Of a stretch of DNA of 64,000 bases, positions 7,488 to 17,921 are shown in pieces; the stretch's first letter is position 1; every line of letters starts with the position of its first letter. The stretch comes from Candidatus Chisholmbacteria bacterium RIFCSPHIGHO2_01_FULL_52_32 (GTDB lineage: Bacteria; Patescibacteriota; Microgenomatia; UBA1400; Chisholmbacteraceae). The DNA lies in contig MHCJ01000007.1 of NCBI GenBank assembly GCA_001816585.1, positions 2,062 through 66,061 on the forward strand, given 5' to 3'. The notes under the pieces were generated by a model. It did not search any database. It saw nothing but the letters and a program-made list of their open reading frames with translations, and was not told where the DNA came from. The translations under genes were made by a program, and so were the position numbers.

Positions 7488-8456
7488 CTACCGCTCACCC
7501 ATCACCACCGGCTCCTCATACACCCGCCATTCAATTTTTTCCATGAACCGCTTAAGGTAGTCCCGCTTCCACGCCAAGCTTCGGGGGGATTTCAACACCG
7601 CCAGCGGAAAATTCACCCGCAGCGCCCGGAACCGAATGATATGCCGGGTAATCCCGGGAGGAAACTTCTCTCCGGCCCGAACCACATTCAGCACATCCTG
7701 CGGCCGAAAGGTCGGGAAAAACAACACCACGTTTTTCCCTTGATGACGGCGGAAGAACTCCGCCAGGGTCTCTTCGTCAAAGAACACATCCTCCTGATCG
7801 CGAATCACCAAATGCTTATAGAAATCAACCACCTTGTTCATCAGGGAAACCTGCGAAACAAGCTCCTCATTCCCCCACACTCTGCACGCCTTCCCGTCGG
7901 CAAACACGACCAAACAAACCGTGCGCTTCTCCAAAGACACATGCCGATCCCGACCAACTTTAAGTAAATCAACCGAAACGCCGGGCAGCCCCCGAATAAG
8001 CCTCATGAACCGTCGCTCGTCAACCGCGGACACATGGCACCAGGATTTCAACTCGACCGACCGGGGATCAAAATAATCAACCACCTGAACGATCGCGTGG
8101 GGATAGCCGAGTTCCGCAAGGGTGGTAAGCCGATTCGCCCCATCCAAGTGGAGGTACCGCGAACCAAAGGCGGCCACGATCGGCGGGTTCATGAGCACTC
8201 CGTCCTCCTCTATTTTCCGCAGTAAGTCACGCGAAATACCGGAGTCAAAGTACTCCTGGATAACAACCGAGCGTAGGGGAACAATCCGAAGATCGGGAAG
8301 AAGGTAGGACATGAAAAGAGCATAGTGTATGAAAAAACTCACCGCAATAGGAAAGAGGAAGCCATATGCCAAAAACACCCCGCCAAAAAAGTTGCAGTCG
8401 GGGTGTATAATTGGGAGTGCCTGCTCCAGAAGAAATTGAACAATACTCCTGCCCAA
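7488..8456 (-). CDS. membrane-anchored protein with a ParB/Srx-like N-terminal domain (degenerate LDGANRL motif)
   Basis: 322 aa; N-terminal TM helix; the segment RYLHLDGANRLTTLAELGYPHAIVQVV resembles the ParB nuclease-domain core. Confidence 0.55.
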   Translation of the reverse strand: MGRSIVQFLLEQALPIIHPDCNFFGGVFLAYGFLFPIAVSFFIHYALFMSYLLPDLRIVPLRSVVIQEYFDSGISRDLLRKIEEDGVLMNPPIVAAFGSRYLHLDGANRLTTLAELGYPHAIVQVVDYFDPRSVELKSWCHVSAVDERRFMRLIRGLPGVSVDLLKVGRDRHVSLEKRTVCLVVFADGKACRVWGNEELVSQVSLMNKVVDFYKHLVIRDQEDVFFDEETLAEFFRRHQGKNVVLFFPTFRPQDVLNVVRAGEKFPPGITRHIIRFRALRVNFPLAVLKSPRSLAWKRDYLKRFMEKIEWRVYEEPVVMGER

Positions 8457-8619
8457 GTTTTCAATAAAAGATTGTTACGACAGTGATAACATCTCTAATC
8501 GACTTTTCCAAACCTGCCTGACACCTCCGAAAAAAGGGGTGTCGAACGTTTCCGTCGCGCCCAGGCGGCTGAATGTATCGTGCTCAGCCGATCGTTGGCG
8601 TGAGCGGAAAGCACTTTGA

Positions 8620-8684
8620 CCACGCTACAACTCCTGCCGGCAAAATCCGCTTAGCGTATTCTTGCGGGCGCGTCGTATACGTGG
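8620..8684. repeat. copy C of the 65-nt structured repeat (outer stem CCACG/CGTGG, variant inner stem)
   Basis: identical 5' block CCACGCTACAACTCCTGCC and 3' block GCGCGTCGTATACGTGG as copy B; about 30 nt of additional downstream similarity to the flank of copy B. Confidence 0.6.
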
Positions 8685-8899
8685 TTTGCGGTGCAAAAGC
8701 ACCTTAACAAGTGAATGATGAGGTTACTTGTCCCTTTTGTGGGACAAGGAATTCTCTATAGCCCCGGAAAACTCGACAATCGTGCGTTGCAGAGACATCC
8801 CCCGCGTTCCGCCAATCGGCGGACTACTGAGGAAAAGGAGGTCAACAGGAAACGGCCTATCAATCCGCGCGCTAAATCAAGTACGAAGGAGACGTTCCC

Positions 8900-9202
8900 A
8901 TGGCAAGACGGATCGGAATGGTCGTCGGGAGCGCTATTGGGCTGGCTGTCGGAGTGCCCGTCGCCATCGTCATGGTAGCCTCACGGCCGCACTTCAACAT
9001 CCAAAGCCCGGACGCCACGATTATCTGGTTCGCGCTGGTCTTCATCCTTCTCACCGTCTTGCCATACGTCTGCGCAGTGTTCTTCGGTGAGATAGCTGAA
9101 GCCGTCGTCCAGAAAGTGAACAAGCGTCGCAAACCACCGGCACCACCTCAAGCAGCGGTTGCGACCGACTCAAGGCCGCGACCAAGGGAGAAGCAGCCAT
9201 GA
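8900..9202 (+). CDS. small membrane protein (2 TM)
   Basis: 100 aa; ATG preceded by AAGGAG; stop overlaps the start of the next gene (ATGA). Confidence 0.55.
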   Translation: MARRIGMVVGSAIGLAVGVPVAIVMVASRPHFNIQSPDATIIWFALVFILLTVLPYVCAVFFGEIAEAVVQKVNKRRKPPAPPQAAVATDSRPRPREKQP

Positions 9203-10092
9203 AGACAAAACTGCAACCGATGATCCTCGTTTGCACGGCACTCTTCCTGGTCTCGTGCAGTAGAGATGCCTCCGCGCTGAGCAGCGGTGAGATCGCCGCC
9301 ACGGCACTCGCCGCAGATCTCCGGGAAACCGAGCAAGTCAACCAGGCGAAAGATCAAGCCAATCAGGCAACCGAGCAAGCCATCCAAGCTACTCAGGCAG
9401 CCCTGGAACAACCAACGGACATCCCCATACCAGTGGTGGCAACCCAACCAACCGAAGAGGTCTCTTCCTTTGCAGACATGGGTCTGAACCACTGGGCGTA
9501 TCAAGGCCGCAAGTGGGCCATCGACCAGGGTTATGCGACCGCATGCTCGGTCGAGGGCGGAGATCCGACCCAAGTCTACGCCTGCCCGGACAAGCCGATG
9601 CAAATCTGGGAGCTCATCGAGTCCGGAGTCAGGTTCTACCATGACACCCAGTCGTTCAGACCGCCGGAGGCCACGGGCAGAACCTTCGATGACCCTGACT
9701 TTCACGGCCACGAAGGTGAAGCGTGGGCAGAGGATGCCAGTCGGCAAAACATCCTTCCCGATTGGTTCCTCACCAACTACCCCAACCCGCACTACATCGG
9801 GCCCTTCCGCACGGCGACCCGCTGCGACGGCCACGTCTTTGTGCGGGTGCTCCTCTACAAGAAGCTCGAGTTCCCCAACTGGGACCTTTTGGCAGAGCGT
9901 CAATTCTCGGACTACTACAAAGCCTCGAGACTCTGCAATCAAGCCGCGGAAGCCAACCTCGAAGAGGGGATCTTCGACCCGGGCCCGGCAAGCCTGCTGG
10001 AGCCTGAACGGGAACTTGACTGGGGGTATTGGTCCGTCCTCCTCTATCAGGCTGACTCCGTCCGAACCAAGAACTCCGATCCGGCTAACTAG
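9199..10092 (+). CDS. secreted lipoprotein, function unknown
   Basis: 297 aa; lipobox-like LVSC after the signal peptide; the long antisense ORF 9148..10209 is rejected. Confidence 0.75.
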   Translation: MKTKLQPMILVCTALFLVSCSRDASALSSGEIAATALAADLRETEQVNQAKDQANQATEQAIQATQAALEQPTDIPIPVVATQPTEEVSSFADMGLNHWAYQGRKWAIDQGYATACSVEGGDPTQVYACPDKPMQIWELIESGVRFYHDTQSFRPPEATGRTFDDPDFHGHEGEAWAEDASRQNILPDWFLTNYPNPHYIGPFRTATRCDGHVFVRVLLYKKLEFPNWDLLAERQFSDYYKASRLCNQAAEANLEEGIFDPGPASLLEPERELDWGYWSVLLYQADSVRTKNSDPAN

Positions 10093-10130
10093 CGGTTGCG
10101 ACCTTCGGCCGTAACCAAGGAGAGGCATCC

Positions 10131-11276
10131 ATGTCCAAACGGTCGTTGATCCTGATTTCATCCGTGTTCGCCATCCTCCTGATTGGAGCCTGCACTCGCG
10201 TAGGTTCACCAGTATCCCAGCAGCAGATGTTGGGAACTTGGGTGGCAGGCAGTGTGACGGCGGTCTTCAGGACGCAGGAAGCTCAAGTCACGCCATCGGC
10301 AACGCCGTCGGCCACTCCACAACCTACGCACACCGCGACGGCTTCCCTCACCGCAACCGCCACCGTCACACCGATCATCGTCGTCGACGTGCCTGATCCC
10401 AAGGAGCGCGAGGACGCTCTTTGGAACATCGACAAGGACCTGATGAGGCCAAAGCTTCGGGACCCGTTGACCTTCGGCCGCAATGATCCCTACATCATGG
10501 GTGACATGGCCATCGCCATGGGGAGAGCCTGCCTGTGGGACAAGATCGAGAAGCCGTTCGGGACGGTTTTCACCGATCTGGGTGTCGTCGTACCCCCTCC
10601 AAGGGCCAGTCCTGAAGAACTCCGGCAGGCCGAGCATCAAAGGCTCGTCCTCGCAGTCTCGGAAGAGCTGTTCCAGCGGGGGCTCTATCTCCACAAGAAC
10701 CCGGCCAAGCCGAACCTGTCCAACTGGGACGACACGCTCACCCCAGATCAACTCCGCCAGTGGTGGGAAATGGCCTCCAACTCTCCCGAGTGCCGGGAGC
10801 AGATGACAAGCTCAGGTGGCGGGAACTCCCCCGGCATCACCCTTTTCACCAACGCCGTCAGTTTCAACCGGGTGAGTCTCCTGGCAAGCACGAACACGCC
10901 GAAGTCGAATCCGATTCCGACCCGGACTCCCGTCCCGAAGCCGACCGACCCACCGGAGCCGAAGCCCAAGACAGCCACGCCGGCTCCGCCAACAGCGGTT
11001 CCTCCATCCAATACGCCGGTACCACCGACCGACACCCCGGTACCACCCAGCAACACGCCCAAACCTGGAGGTGGTGGGAATGACGACGACGACGACCCGA
11101 CCAAGACCCCGAAGCCGGTGATCTATTACACGGCGACACCGTCTATTTGTGTCGATGGCGCCGTGGTCGGCGGCTGTGGTCTGACGAGAATCCAGGCGGC
11201 AGACCTTCTGCATCAATATCTCGCCGACTGGGTTTTCCCGCCCAACCAGCTGCCTCCATCGCAGAACGGTCCCTAG
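10131..11276 (+). CDS. secreted lipoprotein with a Pro/Thr-rich C-terminal linker
   Basis: 381 aa; signal peptide with IGAC lipobox; PT-rich low-complexity region. Confidence 0.75.
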   Translation: MSKRSLILISSVFAILLIGACTRVGSPVSQQQMLGTWVAGSVTAVFRTQEAQVTPSATPSATPQPTHTATASLTATATVTPIIVVDVPDPKEREDALWNIDKDLMRPKLRDPLTFGRNDPYIMGDMAIAMGRACLWDKIEKPFGTVFTDLGVVVPPPRASPEELRQAEHQRLVLAVSEELFQRGLYLHKNPAKPNLSNWDDTLTPDQLRQWWEMASNSPECREQMTSSGGGNSPGITLFTNAVSFNRVSLLASTNTPKSNPIPTRTPVPKPTDPPEPKPKTATPAPPTAVPPSNTPVPPTDTPVPPSNTPKPGGGGNDDDDDPTKTPKPVIYYTATPSICVDGAVVGGCGLTRIQAADLLHQYLADWVFPPNQLPPSQNGP

Positions 11277-11725
11277 CGCCTGCATCCGAAGCAGCGCCTC
11301 TCAGGACCTCATCATTCACAACCAGGGAAACGCACCCGTGTAATACCCACGCGCTAACCCTCTCCCCAGCGGAGAGAAGCAAACGCCGCGCGTTTGGCAA
11401 GACATAGGGAGCGTTCTCCCCCAGGAAAAAACGGGCAAGCTTTTTTGCTTGCGACTGGGCATCAAGTGTGGGGAAAGAACAAGAGAGAATCTGTCTCTCT
11501 GACTGAGGGAACCATCCCTCACTCAAGTTCCCCCCCACTCCCATTCGCAACCATCCGCCCGTTTTTTCATGCCTAAAAAGGGGAAATAGGAGTGCCAAAA
11601 CGATACAGGTTGTACATCCTTTACACAATAAACGATGTTCGGATGAAATAACTTGACCGCAAGGTGTATACTAATCTTCGCGATATATCTTCTGCTCAGT
11701 CTCCTGCTAGAATCTGCCCACCGTA

Positions 11726-12655
11726 ATGAAACAGAAACTCGGATTGGCAATCGGCGTCATCTGCCTCCTTCTTCTCGGAATGGTATCCGCTGTGCGGATC
11801 GCCAAGGCCGCCAGCCCCGCAGCTTGCTCAATCAACACCTTCCCTGTCAATGATCCCAACACCCGTTACCACACGGTCTTCACCTGGAGCAATGCCCACA
11901 CAAACCAATGGTTCCTCTTTCAATGGGGCGATGAAGCCAATACCGGCAAAGATCCCGTGGGATTCATCGGCCAAAGCGGTAGGGCGGAATGGGAACACGA
12001 GTACAACCCCGGAACTTGGGAACAGTGGGCAAACCTTTCCGGTCCGGGAGGAAACGGCGGATGCAAGGTCTCGGTAACCGTCCAGGTCACACAAGACCCC
12101 GCCAGCTGTACAATCGAAGCCTTTGTTGACGGATCAAATCCCAGCCTCTTCCACACGGTACTGCGCTGGAACAACACAAACGATGGCGAGTGGTCCCTTT
12201 TCCATTGGGGCGATGAGGAATTCACCAAAGCCGATCCCCCGGGATTCCGCGGACCGTTTGGGGAAATTTCCTGGGACCACGAGTACAACCCCGGAACCTG
12301 GGATCAGTGGGCCAACGTTGCAGGACCGAGAGGCAATGGGAGTTGTAAAGTCGTGGTTACCGCAAAACTCCAACAACCGGCGGCAACCTGTACCATCACC
12401 ACCAATCCGGTGAATGTCGAACAGACCCGCTTCCATACGACGCTCACTTGGAACAACTCGTACAGCGACCAATGGTCCCTCTTCCACTGGGGCGATGAAG
12501 AATTCACCCAAGCCGGCCCTGTCGGTTTCTTCGGCAGCAATGGAACAACGGAATGGGAACACGAATACAACCCCGGCACCTGGGAACAGTGGGCCAACGT
12601 TTCCGGTCCCGGCGGTCCCAGTGGCTGCAAAGTCATCACTTCCGTCAACCCATAA
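11726..12655 (+). CDS. secreted protein made of three ~95-aa tandem repeats (conserved HT.F/LTW.N....W.LF.WGDE and EHEYNPGTWEQWAN.SGPGGNG.CKV blocks)
   Basis: 309 aa; signal peptide; three collinear internal repeats, each starting with a Cys and ending with CKV. Confidence 0.8.
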   Translation: MKQKLGLAIGVICLLLLGMVSAVRIAKAASPAACSINTFPVNDPNTRYHTVFTWSNAHTNQWFLFQWGDEANTGKDPVGFIGQSGRAEWEHEYNPGTWEQWANLSGPGGNGGCKVSVTVQVTQDPASCTIEAFVDGSNPSLFHTVLRWNNTNDGEWSLFHWGDEEFTKADPPGFRGPFGEISWDHEYNPGTWDQWANVAGPRGNGSCKVVVTAKLQQPAATCTITTNPVNVEQTRFHTTLTWNNSYSDQWSLFHWGDEEFTQAGPVGFFGSNGTTEWEHEYNPGTWEQWANVSGPGGPSGCKVITSVNP

Positions 12656-12697
12656 ACCACCTTGAAAGGTCTGACCTTTCAAGGTAATCTTCCCCAC

Positions 12698-12728
12698 AAA
12701 AAAACCGCCTCTTAAAGCGGTTTTCTTG
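12698..12728 (+). terminator. intrinsic terminator AACCGC-loop-GCGGTT plus T-run
   Basis: follows the stop of 11726..12655; preceded by an A-run, so possibly bidirectional. Confidence 0.55.
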
Positions 12729-12756
12729 TTTCTTGTTTCTTGTTACTCCTGACAGC

Positions 12757-12773
12757 TCAAGATGTGGTAGGAA
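12757..12773 (-). promoter_or_regulatory. 3' half of the pre-16S processing stem (TCAAGATGTGGTAGGAA; pairs with 14394..14410)
   Basis: 17-bp perfect inverted repeat flanking the 16S gene, the arrangement seen in RNase III processing stems. Confidence 0.6.
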
Positions 12774-12788
12774 AAACCGGTTTTTTTA
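12772..12788 (-). terminator. palindromic terminator AAAAACCGGTTTTTTT downstream of the 16S 3' end
   Basis: GC-cored palindrome flanked by A and T runs, about 45 nt after the 16S 3' end. Confidence 0.5.
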
Positions 12789-12828
12789 CAAGACACCGGC
12801 AAACCTTGCGTGAGTGAAAAATATCTCC

Positions 12829-14345
<1,517 letters not shown>

Positions 14346-14393
14346 AAATTTGACGCAGTCAAATCCGCCAACTGGCGGACAGACCACGTCTGA

Positions 14394-14410
14394 TTCCTAC
14401 CACATCTTGA
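14394..14410 (-). promoter_or_regulatory. 5' half of the pre-16S processing stem
   Basis: reverse complement of 12757..12773. Confidence 0.6.
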
Positions 14411-14465
14411 ACTATCAAAATGAACCTTACTCTATTGAGTCTATTATTCACTTTTCAAAGAGCAC

Positions 14466-14492
14466 AAAAACGCCCCGACCAAGGCGGGGCAA
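14466..14492 (-). terminator. intrinsic terminator GCCCCG-loop-CGGGGC plus T-run downstream of mnmA
   Basis: hairpin flanked by A and T runs between the mnmA stop and the 16S leader. Confidence 0.55.
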
Positions 14493-14574
14493 AAAGTGAA
14501 ACCACATCCTTGGCCAGTTGTTATGTCATACGAACACCCGTACTATAGCAAGATTCCTTCAAAAAATCAACGCC

Positions 14575-15906
14575 TTAATTCTTCTCGGATGAATCTTTTG
14601 ATACTTGCTGCTCAACGATAATGCCGCCTCCCAAGCATTCATCTCCGAGATAAAACACCGCTGCTTGCCCTGGAGCGATTCCCCGCTGGGGCTCAGCAAG
14701 TTCCACAAACAACTTTGAATTTTTCACTTTTAACTTTGAACTTATCAGCTCTCCTCCGTGTCTGATTCGCACCTGTAACCCTTTCATGACTGTTAATTCT
14801 TCATTCTTGATTCCGTTGATGAAATGAAGGTCGGCTACCTGAAATTTATCGCGGAATGTTTCTGCTCCAAATCCGACAATCAGCTGATTCCGAACAACAT
14901 TTTTACCCACCACATAGAATGGCGGTATCGCATGTCTCAACTTGTCACTTGTTACTTGTACCTTGTTGCTGATACTGAACCCATGCCTCTGTCCGATCGT
15001 GTAGAACCAAACACCTTTGTGCTTTCCAATAACATCCCCATCGGTATCGACCACATCACCGGTCTTCTCGTTGATTCTGCGCCGTAAAAACTCGCCGACA
15101 TCGACTTCTCCGACAAAACAAATCCCGACCGAGTCTGGTTTATCCGCAGTCAATAACCTACGTCTCTTCGCCTCTCGCCGAACCTGTTTTTTTGTCAGAT
15201 GTCCGACCGGAAACAAAACGTGAGCCAACTGCTCCTGCATTAGCGGGTAGAGGAAATAACTCTGATCTTTCTTGGCATCAATTCCCTGTAAAAGATGATA
15301 CATTCCGATTCCATCTCGGTTGTGGTGAGCGGGGAGACGAACAAATTTGCGCTGGTCACCCAGACCAGGCATATCGCCTGGAAAGACTTCCGGTTTGGCT
15401 CGAAGTTTCGAACGCAATCGTTGGTGACCAAGCAAATTTCCGTTCGGCGACCTCAGCTCACCGAATCCTATCCTCGCGTAATGCCCTGTTGCTACATAAT
15501 CAAACCCGTGGTTCAAAGCCCATCGCAAGAAGAGCCCGAATTTAATCTCCCGATTGCACACCACATCCGGATTCGGCGTCCGTCCAGCTTCGTACTCGCG
15601 ATAAAAATACTCGATGACCTTCTTCCGGTATTCCTTCTGAAAATCCAGCACCTGAAATGGAATCCCAAGCCCAAGGGCTACGCTCAATGCATCCTTCCGA
15701 TCCTCCGGAGCCCGGCACCCCGGTTCATTCCAACACTCAAGGAAAACACCGGTAACATCATAGCCTCGCTCCACAAGCAAAGCCGCCGAAACCGAGGAAT
15801 CTACCCCGCCTGACATACCCACAGCGACACGTCTGCCCTGAACCGTTCCGCCAACTGGCGGATCTGGTTCACGGGCTACTCGAGGGAATTTCTGCCTCTT
15901 CTCCAT
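14575..15906 (-). CDS. mnmA: tRNA-specific 2-thiouridylase MnmA
   Basis: 443 aa; PP-loop SGGVDSS; conserved NPDVVCN and GHYAR motifs; about 30-aa N-terminal extension. Confidence 0.9.
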   Translation of the reverse strand: MEKRQKFPRVAREPDPPVGGTVQGRRVAVGMSGGVDSSVSAALLVERGYDVTGVFLECWNEPGCRAPEDRKDALSVALGLGIPFQVLDFQKEYRKKVIEYFYREYEAGRTPNPDVVCNREIKFGLFLRWALNHGFDYVATGHYARIGFGELRSPNGNLLGHQRLRSKLRAKPEVFPGDMPGLGDQRKFVRLPAHHNRDGIGMYHLLQGIDAKKDQSYFLYPLMQEQLAHVLFPVGHLTKKQVRREAKRRRLLTADKPDSVGICFVGEVDVGEFLRRRINEKTGDVVDTDGDVIGKHKGVWFYTIGQRHGFSISNKVQVTSDKLRHAIPPFYVVGKNVVRNQLIVGFGAETFRDKFQVADLHFINGIKNEELTVMKGLQVRIRHGGELISSKLKVKNSKLFVELAEPQRGIAPGQAAVFYLGDECLGGGIIVEQQVSKDSSEKN

Positions 15907-15973
15907 ATCCAGATTATATCACCTCTGATAGGCACAAACAGCAAACAAAACCCGTAAAAGGTATAATACACTC

Positions 15974-16900
15974 ATGCATGCCAGGCCACTCAATCGCCAA
16001 GCCGCTCTCTACATCGAGGCAGCCAAGAAAATTGGAGCAAGCTATACAATCATCCATCCTGCAGGACTGGTTCGGTTTTCAACCAACGGTAAAAGCACGA
16101 GGATCTACAAGAGCCAGGTCGAAGCCAACAACGCCGTCGCCACCCTCCTTGCAAGAAACAAGTACCACACAAACAGGCTGCTTCAAAAAGCCAAGATTCC
16201 CGTACCCAAGCTCTCCTTTTGCCGAACCGTCGGGGATGCGAAAAAAGCCGCTGCATTAATCGGCTACCCCATTGTCCTTAAACCCACCAAAGGCTCCCGC
16301 GGCCACCGCACGGTCCTAGAAATAAAAGGAGAAAAAGAGTTGATCCAAGCCGCAAGAATTATAAGAAAGGTCAATCACACTTTCCTGGTTGAGAAATTTC
16401 ATCTTGGAAAGGATTACCGCTTTCTTGTCCTAAAAAACAAGGTCATTGGTATCGTCAAACGTCTTCCCCCGACCGTAACGGGCAATGGCAAACAAACGAT
16501 ACAAGAGCTCATCCGCAAACTACCCAGAGTAAAGATAGACGCTGAGGTGAGAAGCGTGCTCCGAAAACAAGGGCAAACCCTCGCAAGTATCCTTAAGAAA
16601 GGGAAAGTTATCCCCATCCGCCGAAACGCTAACTACTCAACCGGAGGCTCGGCAGAAACCGTAGACAAGAGCCAAATCCATCCCGCGATCCTTAGGCTTA
16701 CCGTTAAAACAGCCCAAACCATAGGAATCACGCTTGCGGGCGTCGATATGCTCATTAAAAGCACGTCAGAGCCCCCAAAAGACAACGCCGTCGTCATCGA
16801 AGTCAATTCCAAACCAAGCATTTTTATCCATCACCACCCCGACCGCGGCCGACCCCAACCCGTCGCCAAAACCATCCTCAACCACCTCCTCCGCCTTTAA
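15974..16900 (+). CDS. RimK-like ATP-grasp amidoligase (paralog 1)
   Basis: 308 aa; collinear with the RimK/GshB architecture (YPIVLKP.KGS.G, DYRFLVL, VIEVNS.P); tandem paralog of the next gene. Confidence 0.8.
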   Translation: MHARPLNRQAALYIEAAKKIGASYTIIHPAGLVRFSTNGKSTRIYKSQVEANNAVATLLARNKYHTNRLLQKAKIPVPKLSFCRTVGDAKKAAALIGYPIVLKPTKGSRGHRTVLEIKGEKELIQAARIIRKVNHTFLVEKFHLGKDYRFLVLKNKVIGIVKRLPPTVTGNGKQTIQELIRKLPRVKIDAEVRSVLRKQGQTLASILKKGKVIPIRRNANYSTGGSAETVDKSQIHPAILRLTVKTAQTIGITLAGVDMLIKSTSEPPKDNAVVIEVNSKPSIFIHHHPDRGRPQPVAKTILNHLLRL

Positions 16901-16942
16901 GCGGTATAATACCGCAAGGCTTAGGAATGACGACAACCATTT

Positions 16943-17860
16943 ATGCTGAACCCACACACCGCTCTCTTTATCAAAGCCGCCCAAAAATTGGGGGTCGGTT
17001 ACCGGATCGTTAACCCACCGACGCTTGTCCGTTTCACGAAAAACGGGAAATCAACCCTGATCTACAGAACCCAAATCGAGGCAAACGCCCTGATCCCCTC
17101 CCTCCTCTGCCTATCGAAGTACCAAACGAACTTGACGCTGCGGAAAGCCAAACTTCCGGTTCCAAAGCAACTCTGTTGCCAATCGGCGGAAGATGCCCGG
17201 ACGGCTGTTAAAGAGATCGGCTTTCCCCTGGTCGTTAAACCGCTCAAAGGTCTGGGCGGGAAATATGTAACGGTCAATATCAAGTCTGAAACGGAACTAA
17301 GAAAAGCGGTAAATCAAGTCCTCAAAGAACACCGTGGTTTTGTCGTCGAAAAGTTTTGCCAAGGGAAAGATTACCGCTTCCTCGTTTTGAAGGGAAAGCT
17401 GATCGGAATCGTAAAAAGAGAACCACCGACCGTAACGGGGGATGGAAAACATAGCGTCAGACAATTGCTGATGATAGGTAATCCGAAGCTCCCGATCGAC
17501 GCGGAACTCCGACAAACACTCACAAGACGAGGTTTGCAGTTAAACAGCGTGCCTCAAACAGGAATCGTGGTTAAGCTTCGCAAGAACGCCAACATCACGA
17601 CCGGCGCCGACTCCAGTACCGTAACAAACAACACCATCCACCCGGACCTCCGAAAGCTCGCCATCAAAGCCGTAAGCGTAATGGGCATGAGCTTTGCGGG
17701 TGTCGATATGCTGATAAAAAATCCGAAAAAACCAAGAAAAGACAATGCCGTTATTCTGGAGTTAAACTCCCAGCCGGGAATTGATATCCATGAGCGCCCG
17801 GACAAAGGCATTCCCCAACCCGTCGCCGAAACCATCCTCAGGTACCTCCTCCACCTTTAA
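16943..17860 (+). CDS. RimK-like ATP-grasp amidoligase (paralog 2)
   Basis: 305 aa; about 50% identical by eye to 15974..16900. Confidence 0.8.
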   Translation: MLNPHTALFIKAAQKLGVGYRIVNPPTLVRFTKNGKSTLIYRTQIEANALIPSLLCLSKYQTNLTLRKAKLPVPKQLCCQSAEDARTAVKEIGFPLVVKPLKGLGGKYVTVNIKSETELRKAVNQVLKEHRGFVVEKFCQGKDYRFLVLKGKLIGIVKREPPTVTGDGKHSVRQLLMIGNPKLPIDAELRQTLTRRGLQLNSVPQTGIVVKLRKNANITTGADSSTVTNNTIHPDLRKLAIKAVSVMGMSFAGVDMLIKNPKKPRKDNAVILELNSQPGIDIHERPDKGIPQPVAETILRYLLHL

Positions 17861-17921
17861 GGGAGTCTCCCTTCAAGGGGACTCCAATACAATACTATAG
17901 GAACTTTAAAGGTTCGACCTT

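Noticed and set aside
9148-10209. 353-aa minus-strand ORF
   Set aside because: Antisense to two well-supported plus-strand lipoprotein genes with signal peptides; high-GC antisense frames commonly stay open.
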